This document shows, piece by piece, positions 37,531 to 49,800 of a stretch of DNA of 54,072 nt. This stretch comes from Klebsormidium nitens (taxonomy: Eukaryota > Plantae > Klebsormidiophyceae), in contig DF237523.1 in assembly GCA_000708835.1 (NCBI GenBank), positions 4,252 to 58,323 of the forward strand, read 5' to 3'. The position numbers and the translations under genes are program-made. The notes under the pieces are model-generated. The model did not search any database. It was not told where the DNA came from and saw only the letters and a list, made by a program, of their open reading frames with translations. How positions within the stretch are numbered: the first letter of the stretch is position 1; every line of letters begins with the position of its first letter.

Positions 37531-40500
37531 ATGGCAAGCTCAGCAGCTCGCTTAGGTGGTCAGAGCACAAGGGCGGGGCTCCTACTCTCCCAGCGTTGTT
37601 CAGAAAGATGTACAACCGAAAGACCTAGGTTTTTGGCACATTTTGGTAGTGTAGATATAGCGCCCCTTTGTCCAAGAGAGAGACTAAAGCGCGTCTCTCA
37701 GGGGAGTCAATGCAGAGAAACCGGAGTAAGGCGGATCACATGTGTGGCCACGGAGGCCAGTCCAGATATGGATCTGAATGTGATTGAAGAACCGAAAGTG
37801 CGGCCAGTCCGCAGGAAAAGGTCGGTGATGCCTTGTCCCTTTATAGTGTTTTCTTCCAGCACCTGTTGGCCTCTAGTGACAAAGGTACACTGTCGAAGCT
37901 CCGCAACGATTGAGATTATGATAATTAGTTGCTTGATAGTGCTGCCACGCCGGGTTCCTTACAGTTTGGGCATGAAATACAGTGGTCACAATCGTAGGTC
38001 ACCACGGACATGAAAGACACTGATCAGACGGCTGCACTTAAAAATGAGCCACTCTTTTTTCAGCACCGTGCTTGCTTCAGCCAAAATACTTTCTGGAGCT
38101 CACCAACAGGGTCGGTACTTCACCTTACTTGAATCAGAGTGCCTGATCAACCCTTGTGAGTGGTCATTCGGTAGCCTTATGGAGTGCAGAAGCGATTAAC
38201 AGCGTTTTCTTCCATGAGATTTCTTACGCCCTTGAAGTTTCTTACCAACCAGAATATCAATTTGCATAGTTTCATTTGTGACCATGCAGGCTCGCGAAAG
38301 GGGCTCGGTTCATTGGGGTTGGGTCAGTGGCACCAACCACCACCTTATCAAATGATGATCTCTCAGCTTTTGTGGATACAAACGACGAGTGGATTGCTAC
38401 GCGGACTGGGATCAGGGCAAGGAAGGTGTTGCAAAGTGAGGCACTTTCTTACATTCTCATGAGTATAGTCTGGTAGCAACTTCTCAGTTGCCTGTCATCG
38501 ATTTCTTGCCTAGTTTGTTTCTGTTCAACCGTCCTTTGAGTCCATCATCTGCGGCGCTTCTCCTTCAAGGCTAAAAAGGCAAGCTATGCGCAGGAGTGCC
38601 CGCGACTGATTTATACAGCCTCCAAACTCAAATTCTGAGCGTCGTCTGGTAGATTGCTCAAGCGCTTGTACTCTCCTTGTGAGCGAGGTTCTCCTCAAGG
38701 GGCATACTTGTTAGCAGTACGCCTCGGCTCATGTCTTTAGAAGTAGAGCAGATTGGAAGATGTCAAATGTGCCTGACTGAGTCGAGAGCTGCAATCCCGT
38801 AGTATGTCTTTGGATCAAAAAATGATTAAAGTCCTGAAACTGCTTCCAGGTCCGATGCTAGAATAGTTGAGGACGAAGGATCCCATGTTCCCTTGGAAGA
38901 AAAATAGGAATTCCAGTCGCTTACATTGAAAGTCAGTTCCAAGCTTTTTCAGTAACCTGACAATTGTGGGTTTGGGGTCAAGCGTCACTTAAAACTTGCA
39001 GCTGAGGGCTCCCTTTATCCACTTGTCTGTCAAACTGTGTCTTCTTTTGAAGCAGTAAATGACAAGATGATTACGACATTTTGTGCAGAGGACGAGAGCC
39101 TGACAGCCATTGCTGCCGAAGCGGGGAAGCGCGCCCTTGAGATGGCGGGTGTCGCGGCCGAAGACGTTGACCTTGTGTTGCTATGCACGTCTAGCCCGGA
39201 CGATCTCTTTGGGAGTGCCACGCAGGTATGGAAGTGTTTGACAATTTCGTCAATGTGAGAAGAACACTTGAGAGAAAACGTGAGAGAAGCGTTTCAATGT
39301 GATAGAAAGAGAGTCAAATTGACCATTGTGACCCCTGTTCAGAGTGTATGGTAAAAGTGTTTGGTGTAAACCTTGCAGCAGTTGTAAATATGACGATACT
39401 CATTCAGACGTGTATCCATCTTTCTGCCTAGTAACATGTTCCGCATGCTTCTTCAAAACAATTCAACGTTACAACAGTTCCAACACGTTCTGGTCCCCTG
39501 CGGCCAAAACACCAATCTGGCCACAGGATTCCGATCACTCTGTCTTTGTTCGTCGTGCCACAGATTCAAAGCGCAATAGGCGCCAAGGGCGCCGCCTTTG
39601 ATTTGACGGCTGCCTGCAGTGGGTTTGTCATCGGCCTCATCAATGCGCGGCAATGGGTCACTGGTGAGCATTCTCCGACACCTTTGGCTGCGCTCTTCAT
39701 GATTGTGTTTGGAAGCCCATTTGCAAGCACTCTAATTCAGAAAGAACAGCCGCGTCTCTTGCGTTTGTTCCCTCAGGTTCGACTCTGTTTACCTTCCGTG
39801 CTATTTGCCAAACCAGCTCCTTCATTGGGGCGCCCGTACTTTTGAGTAATCAGAGAGTCAACGGTTCTGGTCCGTTAATAGCCCGTCAGAGTTGCGTTTT
39901 GCTCTGAGCAAGCCAGGTCCTCCAGCTTCAGCTTGTTGGTTCAATTTGGTGAAAGCGCTGGAAAGGCGCTTTCAGCTCCGTTTCCCCCCTTTTGGCTTGT
40001 ATGCAATCTAACGGCTGTGCAGAATCACTCGGCAATCCCTCAAGGACATCGTTCCTCTTGAAAGATAGCCTTTACTGTGTCAATGCATTTGCATCCTCAA
40101 CCGAAGCGGATAACAAGGTCCATTGTGCATGCGTCGTCTTCGGAGCCGTTTCACTAGACCTTTGAGGACATTGCGCTAACTTCAACATGCAGATGGCAAG
40201 TACCACAACGTCCTTGTAATTGGCGCGGACGCATTGTCCCGATACGTCGATTGGACGGACCGAGGCACGTGCATCTTGTTTGGGGACGGGGCAGGAGCGG
40301 TCCTCGTTCAGGTGAGATGCTTCTCATCTGCCCGCTGACAGTTCTAAGAGGTGCGAGCTGGTGTCTTTTGAGTCGTCGTTTCAGCTTCGGAAGTGCTTTG
40401 GCTCCCAGGTTCTTAATCGGATTATCGTCAACCCTCAACGTTACAGTTCAAAAACGAAATGCGGTCGTCATAACGGGCATAATGGAGGCGATACAAAGGA

Positions 40501-42050
40501 AGCGGGAGGATCGGCTGCGCTGTCAAGCCATGCCACTTGGTCCATTGTCCCACCGTGGACAATCGCAGAACCTGGGCCGTCCGATGGCTACTCTCAGGTT
40601 ATCAAGCGGCCGAAATTTTGCATCTGTGTTGATCGAACTCGTCACGACTCAGCTTGATGGAAGCTGCACTCGCCCCTAAAGTAGAGATTGCCAGAGCGTC
40701 GTAGTTATCGCCTTGCTGTTTGAATGGCTGCTGCAAGCGATGGCAATCAGTCGTCGTTTTGTTGGTTTACCATTTTATCTGCCGGGTTCCCCTTGTGAAC
40801 CTTACGGCGCAAAGAAGTTCAAGAACAATACAGAACCTAAAATTTATGCTATGCGGCCACGCGACAACACCTGGGTGCAAAAGCACTCCTGGGACACTTC
40901 AATGTCGCATTCTGCAGCTTTACAGGCAGAAAACGAATCATTGAAACTTAGCGAGCAAAACGTAATTCCGATCTGGACACAGCCTCATCTCTAAAGATCG
41001 ATGCAAAGTCACTTTTTTTTTTGCGTAGGCTACCGCGGGGGACGACGACCGGCTGCTGGGGTACGACATTCGCAGCGACGGCGGCGGCTACAAGAGCCTC
41101 AAAGCCCCGCTGCAGTGCACAGCCGCCGAGAATGCAGGCGCGCCCCCGCGGGGGTCCTTCCAACCGATCCTGATGAACGGGCGGGAAGTGTTTAAGTTTG
41201 CGGTGAAAGCGGTGCCGCAAACGGTCTCTGCGTCGCTCGAGGAGGCGGGCCTGCTGACGGACGACATCGACTGGCTAGTATTGCACCAGGTGAGCCGTTG
41301 CGCTTGCACCGTGATTACGTCAGCATGTTCGATGACGTCGAAGTCCTTGTCGTCTCTTCGGGATATATCCGATTTGAATCCGTGTTGCGTAATGGGGCTC
41401 TGCTTTGTTGGGAGAGACTCTCTCTTTTTCCTATCTTTCTAGATTTGTTGTTCGAGGCCGCAATTGGCGACCAAGGCTTACGCTGGTCACTAGATAGAGG
41501 TGGGGCCAAGGAGTATGAACAACCCGGCTTCAAGTTGTCCTCCTCTTTAACGGTTAGGTGCACACCCTGTTACCAGTAAAATTAGTTTAAGACATTCGAC
41601 TCCATTTAATTGGGGTGAAATTACGCAGAAAATGGAGGCCCATTTGTAGCACCGGTCCAAGCAAAATCGCTCCTGACACAGTTCTTGACAGAGGAGCAGT
41701 CGACCATAACCCTTCTCAATGAAGCTTGCAACTCTTATGAGCAGAACGTGTTCGCACAAGCTGCCGAGTCCATACAGCGCCTCTAGCTGTTGTGTTGTCG
41801 CTCACGAGTATTTCTTTTCGAAACGCAGGCCAACCAGCGCATACTGGATGCCGTCGCCGAGCGCTTCCACATTCCGCACGAAAAGGTCATCTCAAACCTA
41901 GCCAACTACGGCAACACCAGCGCGGCTTCCATCCCTCTAGCTTTGGACGAAGCCGTTCGGGGTGGGAAAATCAAACCCGGTGACGTGATTGCATCGGCAG
42001 GGTTTGGAGCCGGGTTGACGTGGGCGTCGGCGATCTTTACATGGGGTTGA
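37531..42050 (+). CDS. KASIII: Plastid 3-ketoacyl-ACP synthase III (FabH), 7 exons, ~424 aa
   Basis: Exons 37531-37820, 38290-38435, 39089-39225, 39564-39663, 40193-40311, 41029-41289, 41829-42050 (1275 nt). DTNDEWI.TRTGI, AACSG (catalytic Cys), [12 protein letters not shown] (His), YGNTSAAS (Asn), GFGAGLTW. Confidence 0.97.
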
Positions 42051-43882
42051 AAGTTGCAGCCGGTCAGCGTTGGATGACCAGCCCTCTTAAGCAGACTATC
42101 TGACATGCTTCAGAGGACTAGCTTCCGTTCCACCCTCGGGGGTGCATGTTGATTCTTTGGGAGAGGCAGTTGAGCAAGATTACCATCCCGTTGAGCTATT
42201 CTCGATGGGACAGCTATATAACAGACTATTTGACGTGGTCCTTGATTTTGTCGAAGTTTTAACAGCGCATGAGGCTTGGCGAGCATAGGTAGACAGCCAT
42301 CCGAATTGTACATTGCGCAAGGGCAGCTGACCATCTCAACGACAAGCTTAGCAAGCAAGCTCGACCTGCCTCTTCGGTGTGGTGGGAGGTCATTATGCAT
42401 GCAGGCAGTGATTGCCCGGCTAGCTACCTTTGACCGGAATACAAATTTACCCTCTCGATTTGAGTTCAGGCGTAGGCAACCTTGCAATCGCCGCTCAGTT
42501 GTGGACCGGCCTGCTCCCGCTATCGATTGCTAGGACGTTATTATTGATGCATGGCACGTTGAGCGATTTAGCTAGGGCTCATGCATGTGCGAAATATTAG
42601 ATCGAAACTCAGAAGAAAGAGGCAGACCGACGAATGATCTGCTCGAGTCTTACGACGTTGCATGATTGCTTGGGCACGCGGATCGAATTGATCCGATCGG
42701 TTCAATTGGTGGGCTTCGCTCAGGCTGAACTTCATTTAGAAACCTGACGACATGGGGAGCTGCTCCGAGCTGCATTATACGCTGGTAATCTACTATAGTA
42801 CGATTTAGACTCAGTGCCATGGACAATGACTTTCCAGGGCCTGAGTCAGTGACCGGAGATCGTGATGGAAGATCTGCAACTCGATCAAAGCAATCCCGTG
42901 CCGTCGGATAGAAGCTAGGAGCACTTTCCAACGATTGCTAACCGTCGCGCACACACGTGTTACTGTAGGTGCCAAGGTGGACTTCGGATCGGGCTCACGT
43001 TGTCGAAGCATATGCAAAGAAAGTACAACCTTCATAAGACGGTAAGCGGCTCCTTCAAACAATCATGCATGCCAATGGTCCGCCGACCAAAACGGACAAA
43101 TGATACTGGGTTCTGGTGCTTCAATCTGATCGCGCAGAGCAATTAAAGTGGGCGTAGGCCATGCATGGACACCCCAAGGCCATCTACGGTGGTGGGGCCC
43201 TAAATTGGTCGAAGTTGCAATCCGGCACAGTGCGTTACGCCCAATGCATGGATCTTATCAATGATTGCACAGTGGGGTCACTTATACATGCTCAGTCGAG
43301 TCAGGATGATCAAGTCGTATAGCCTAGCTGGTCGAAATGCTGCCCGGCCTTCCGGCAAATGGCCGGGCGGGCTCGTGGGAAACTTCTGCAGTGAAGGGGG
43401 TCAACCAACTTACAAGGATCTCTTTTGCTTTCAGATTGACAATTGCGATAAAATCAGATTGTAGCGCTCTTTCGTCTTATTATTCAATGAGGTGGTAGAA
43501 GGCCTCTCCTTGCTCAATCTGTGACTGGTCCGTCCCGGTATGAGTCGCCATTTGAACTTCAACGGTAAACCAGTTATGCTAAAAATTACGACTTCTATTG
43601 TATAATAGTGTAACGCTCCAATAACCTACCCGCTTTCTATTGACAGTATCCAATCATATTATTGTTTAAGAATAACAGTGATGGGCCGGTGCCTGCTGCA
43701 TGTGACCATCTCGTAGGGCTCACGGTCAAGTAGAGAAATCTTAAGTTATATAACAAAATAACTCGCACTTGATCTGCTTCGGTGAGCTGCGGCAAAAGGA
43801 GGCTCGCATAGCAATCATCTGATCCACAGGGCGTAGAGGCGAGGCGGTTTGCCCACAGACCCCTCTACAAAACTGCTCGACT

Positions 43883-46800
43883 CTATTTGTGTCTCCACTC
43901 TTTCGCCTTCAGAATGAGAAGAAAGAGGAGGCGGTAAGCAACGAGCATCCCAACACTGACGGCCAGATCGTTCCACTTCTTCTTGTCCTGAAGGTCGAAG
44001 AATTCCAACGCTTGATCCCTGCACGAGGATTCGCATCTCGTTTAGGGCAACCGATGAAAATCGTTGTGAGCCGCAAACAAGCTCCTCCCTTGTCGGGTCT
44101 GCTAGCGTGGCCTTAATTAAAGGTGTTGGTGACTTTGATGCAGGCGCGCTTGAGCATTCTCGCGAATGCAAGCAAACGCAACCGTCAACACGTGTACCCT
44201 TCTGCAAGTGTTTGCGGAGAATCGAGGACTGATTCGCAATCAGTGGAACATCTCATTCCTGGCCCCGTGGACTGTATTAGCATGCTCCAATTGATTACTC
44301 ATCTCGACGCAAGAGCTTGAACTGTTATACAGCTCGAATGCCATCATTTTGTTCTGGAGCAAGGTCTACCCGACACGACATCGGCACGAGCATCCAACCA
44401 AACATCCTGGAAACGGAAAGAAGACCACGATAACCTCGTATTTGTATACTCTGAGCCCATAAGATACACGGCATTCGGCTGATAAGCCGACCGGAGAACT
44501 AGACCTGACGCAAAAAGCTCTGAAAGAAGGTTGTCAAATACAACCCGCAAGTTTGGGAGACTCGCCAGTCAATCCCTCGAACGTGAGCCGAAGACGATAC
44601 TTTGGAAAGATTGAAACACCTTCAAAAGAAACATAAGCAAAACTCTCCACCCTGAGAATAACAGAAGGGTTAAGCAAACCCACCCGGTCAGCCGCGGGAG
44701 ACTCGCCGGCCGGTTCTCGAATGTGAGCCCGGTGAAGTCTTCGGTCAAAGAATTTTTGTTCAATGGAACGCAGCCAGGAATAAAGGAGGGTTGAGCAAAC
44801 CCACCCGCTTAACCGCGGGAGATCCGCCGGCCGGTTTTCGAACGTGAGCCCGGTGAAGTCGTTGGTCAAAGGAAACTTCCTCAATGAAACCCAACCAGTG
44901 AATACAGCAGGTTTACGGAAACCCACCCGGTCAGCCGCGGGAGATCCGCCGGCCGATTCTCGAACGTGAGGCCGGTACCTCGTTGGTTAAGAAACATCCT
45001 CAACCCGGGAAGAACGAAAAGGTTAAGCAAACCCACCCGGTCAGCCGCGGCAAGTTCGCCAGCCGGTTCTCGAACGTGAGCCCGGTGAACTCGTTGGTCA
45101 TGAAGCCCTCGAACGCGTATGTGTGGAAGCTGAGGTAGTAGAACGGGTACCGCCAAACCGGATCGGGTAGGTCATTGGGCAGGCGGAAAAAGCCGCAGAC
45201 GAGCATGAACATGCCTAAAATACCGGCGCCGGCCGCGATTCCCAGGAGGAAGATCGGTACGATTGCTGCGATGACCATCATCAGGGACTCGACAACTGCA
45301 AGGAGGAACGGGAAAACTTCAGCAGTCCTTTCTATCCGAAAGTGAGGGGGGATCGGTTCGATAAGAAGCCGCAGAGGAGCACAAATAAGCTCAAGACGCC
45401 GGCGCAAGCCGCGATGCCCATGATGAAGATGGGCACGATTGGATTTGATGTTGCAGTGGAAGGTTGGTCAAAATTGGGGAGATCAGAAGGCTTTTGAAGA
45501 TCACTAGAAAGCCAAGAAGAAACATGCCCAGGATGTTGGCACCAGCCGCAGTGCCGTAATGACCATCATGAAAGACTTGACGATCGCGAGAGGATGGAAG
45601 GGAGGCTTCAGCGTACAACATTCTGTTTCCAAGGTTTTGAATGTCATTGATCAGTAATCTTCTAATTTGGGCAGCCGGAGAAAGCCGCCCGCGAGCATGA
45701 ACATGCCGGCGCCGGACGCGATGCTCATCAATAAGAAAGGGACTATGGCTGCGATGACCATCATCAGGAATCCGACGACTGCGAGGGGCCGGAGAGAGGG
45801 AAGTCCTTACTCCTTAAGAAAGACAGTCTTTGTGATTCGAAAGAGTGGCAAATGTCTTATACCACATAAACCGCTTTTCGGTAATTCGGGCTTCGACTTA
45901 GGCTCAGAACAAGATGAATATACTCTCAGCATGAACAAGCCAAGAACGCGGTTATGATCGCAAAGACGATTAAACGGTGAGGAAATAATGTTGACAGCCT
46001 TCGTGACTCCCAACATCAATTTTCGAAGCCGGCGGCGGCAGGAATATCAGGAAAAAGTAGCTTTTGAGGTTTACATGCCCGGGAAAAACCTTGTTTAAGT
46101 CAAAGTTCGAGGACATGCATCCGTAGACTGGGAAGCAAAGAACAGACTCATGCATTATAGATTGAAGCGGTAAGGAAAGAGTGTCGTCGAAGTCGAACGT
46201 ACTTGTTTCGACGAATCAAACTCAAACAAACGAAAGCATCGGAGATTGGCAGGAAGGATCAAGAGAAAAATTTACCGGCGAGGGAAGAGAAGAGCATGAG
46301 CACGAAGTAGACGAAGCGTCCGAAATCGTTCTGGAGTTTGATGAGCCAGTAGCCGATCAGCGCCGAGAGCAGCGAGATGAGGAAGAGGAACGGCAGGCTG
46401 CTCAAACTGTTGCTCAGCACGAAGGCCGTCACGCCATAGTACCCGTTCAGCCGCTCCCGGGTAAACACCTGGAAAAGATAGATTATTGTCTCTTCAATAG
46501 GTCTGGACTCTTCGTCCACTAATTTCAAGATCATTCTCTGGTTTTTCAGCGGCTGCTTCCGTTTCTTAAAGCTGAACATGCTTTTCAGAAACTTGGTTTG
46601 TTTGCTGCACAGCTCAGACATCGCTTTACGCGATACTGCGTTTGTCGGAAAGCCCGAGCAGCCCTTGGATGAACACATTGTTTCCGCCCGCTCCCTTTCG
46701 AAGCATTCAGATCGGAGCCGTTCTGAATTTCCGAGCTCCATCGATTTCGTTTCCACCTCCCTAACTCCCCGCATGCTCTCATCAACATGAAGTTCGTTCT

Positions 46801-49800
46801 ACGTGATGTCGACCTTTCTTCGGCTCCTGCCTCTGCAGAGCTTCGAAACCTACACTGACTCCCTGAGGGTCTGCAATTTTCCCAACGATTAGTCGCGCTC
46901 CTCATCAAAATGCGCCTAGTGAATACTCGACATGGTCTACAGAAAGTCGTAGAAGCAGTCAGCGCCCACTTGTCCACCAGAAAGTGGCTGCCAGACTTTC
47001 GTTGAGAGCGAACAAACTGCACAAAGGAACGCAACCTGAAACATATGCAGAACTCAGCGGATCGGGTCTCACCTTCATATCCTCGATGAAGGCAGGGAAA
47101 CCGGCGATTGACATGAAGGTCAGAAACGCGACCACGAAGAACAGGACGGCACCCCGCGCTTGTATGCTGTTGTAGCTGTCTCCTGCAGCATGGAAAAGGG
47201 CAAAGCAAGTCAGTCAGAGGTGGACCACTACTATATTTTGACAAAAGCAAACAAGGGCGCACTTCAAGTTGACATGTTAGGAACCCACAAAAAGTTTCCT
47301 TTAGCAGAGTCTCCGAATCCGACGTAGATGCGATTCATCCGACGGCCTCTTGACCTGTTTGATAGATTAGAGAGTGCTCACTCATCTCTGATGCAAGAGA
47401 GTACATCCTACAAATGATGGAGAGGACGTGGAAACCTCAGAATGTCCAAATTCATGCTGTCCAGAACTTTCTTGCCCTGCTGGCAAAAAAGGAAATGCAC
47501 AAAGAAAAGAAGCGTCGAAGGGGCCAGAAGCACGGATGGGAAGGGGTCCAATCAGCTTGAAGCTGAGACTGAGAAGTGCTAGCAAAAGTGGCAAAGCAAC
47601 CTCTGACAAGAACAAGAGGCTTCGCGGCGCTGCCCAGTGCGTTCTTTGACTTCGTAGAAAACGGGAGGGAAGACAAAATCAGAAGGTATCTGGAGGCGCG
47701 GAAAAGTCCCAAACATGCCAAAGGGGTCTCACTGTTTATGCCAGACGGGGAACTCGTGGATGGAGAGGACCAAGAGAGCTGATTGATGACGTAATCAACA
47801 AAACGATGCAGATTACGTGCGTACTCCCTCAGGATTGGGGGGCCGAATGCAAGAAGCGAGGCAAGAAAGAAACAAATAACCATGTAACGAAATAGAAGAT
47901 AAAAAGAAATACGGGAAAGAGAGAGAAGCGCGCTGACCGATGTCGTAGTAGATGGTCCCAATGCAGACCATGAGCATCGCGTACATGACGACCCGCAGCC
48001 AATAGAGGCCCACGTTGCGCCACATGTTGGTGAAGCTGCGCACTGCACATAGACAAAAACTGTGCAATCATTGGAGCTCGTAAATGGGAGACACGGGGCC
48101 TGTTCATATGAGACACTGGGGGGCGGTCGTTGTGGGACTTACGGTGTAGCTGCGCACTGAACATACACGGAAGCAGGAACTGCGCTAAGACGCGAAAGCG
48201 TAAAGTCTCGCGATTGTGGGCCAGCTGCCGGTCTTGGAGGATGTGGCACGCCGAGAACTTAAGAGGACTAGATCGTCAATTTTGCACATATAGCGACATA
48301 TAACTTGGAATAGTCTCGTTAAGCTTCCCGTCATTCTACCCCAACAGGTTGCGCGGTAAAGGCTGGGGAAAATGGTCCGCGACAATCAAACAAGCTTCCA
48401 CGGGTTCATTCTAGAATCCTTCCTTACTGAGATTTATCCCTTAAAAACAAAAGCCGTCTCAGACACAATTAGCGCGTCAGTGCGTCTGTGAATTGGACAC
48501 GAAGCGTCGGAGCACTCACTCTCCCTAATCGAAGTTCCTTTCTTTCCAAACTTCTTGTATGCTTACGAACGTGCTCACGTTTCTCGTAAATTAAAACGAG
48601 GTAAACCTAGCGTGTATCTTTACAACAGCGTCCTGGCATCAAGAGCAAGCGCTGGCGGCGGGAGCGAAAGAGTCCCATCGACCGCGTAGATCTTCGCACG
48701 GCACGTATACGGAACCGGTATCCCGAAGATTGAAGGAAACAACTCATGCAGAAGACAGAAGCCAAATCCGCAATGCAACACAAGGTGAAAGCAACCCAGG
48801 ATCTTCTTACGGGTAAGAATGTATGTGTGTCGAAGGGCCGTTCCGACCGATGGCGTCAGCAGCTGCTTCAGCGGCGGGCCCTGCATCCCCGTAATCGCCG
48901 CCAGCTTGGCGCTCCTTTCGCTCGCCTATCAAAAGCAAAAAGTTGAGACTGTTTCACAATCAGACGCCCTCCAAAAGTTGAGAGTGTTGCACGATCAGAC
49001 GCCCTTAACTCGCCTCCGTTCAGACGCCTGCCCCAAATCAACAAGAAGAACTGCAATTCGTGGTACTTTCTTCTCATAGCAGTCAGGCAACTCCGTAATT
49101 GGGCTGCGTGTCTGCCGAGATGCACGGACCTATACGAGTTGTTCTCGCTTTTTCATCTTGTTTTAAAAACACCGTCTTGGGTCCAGCACCGTTTTAGAGT
49201 CAAGGTTTGAGACAGGGCGAGTCTCACTGGCTTCCTGGCGGATTCCTGTCGAATGGCAAAGCCGCGAGCTTACTAATCAGGCGCGCAACATGTAAAATTC
49301 CTGATTGTGACGCGTTGGAAACCTCGGTCTCGGCAGAAAGGCTCAGGATGTGGAGAATCTACTGAAACAGCCATACACATGATCACAAATTTCAACAGTA
49401 TAGTCCTCAATCCGAAATTGTGCCCAGTATATGGATGCTTCAGCAGACTGTAAGTAATCTGCTTATTGTTTGCACTTGTTATCACCCGAACTTAATTTGA
49501 AGAAGTGTCAACGATGCGGACGCGCACCTCCGGGGACGCCGCATACGTGTCCGCGAGCTTCTGGATGACGTCATCCACCGTCAGCTCTGCCGCAGGGTCC
49601 GCGTCCTTGAGGAGGGGCGCGAAGAGCGCCGCGTCGCTCTTGGACTTGACCTGCAAACCAAAAAAGAGCGCGCTGACGTCAGCGACAGGTGACGTCAAAG
49701 ATCGACAGAGCCTGTGTGATTCAATGATTCTTGACAGAATTAAAGATGACCTTCCGGTGGGCTGAGAATGGAGTTGAGTCAAAGATCTTGTCTCCTGTTG

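Noticed and set aside
40480-40620. EDRLRC as an echo of the KAS III exon DDDRLLG
   Set aside because: Similarity too short; no acceptor duplication.
46900-46935. VFTRR text as an echo of ABCG exon 11
   Set aside because: Only 8/12 nt identity; within chance.
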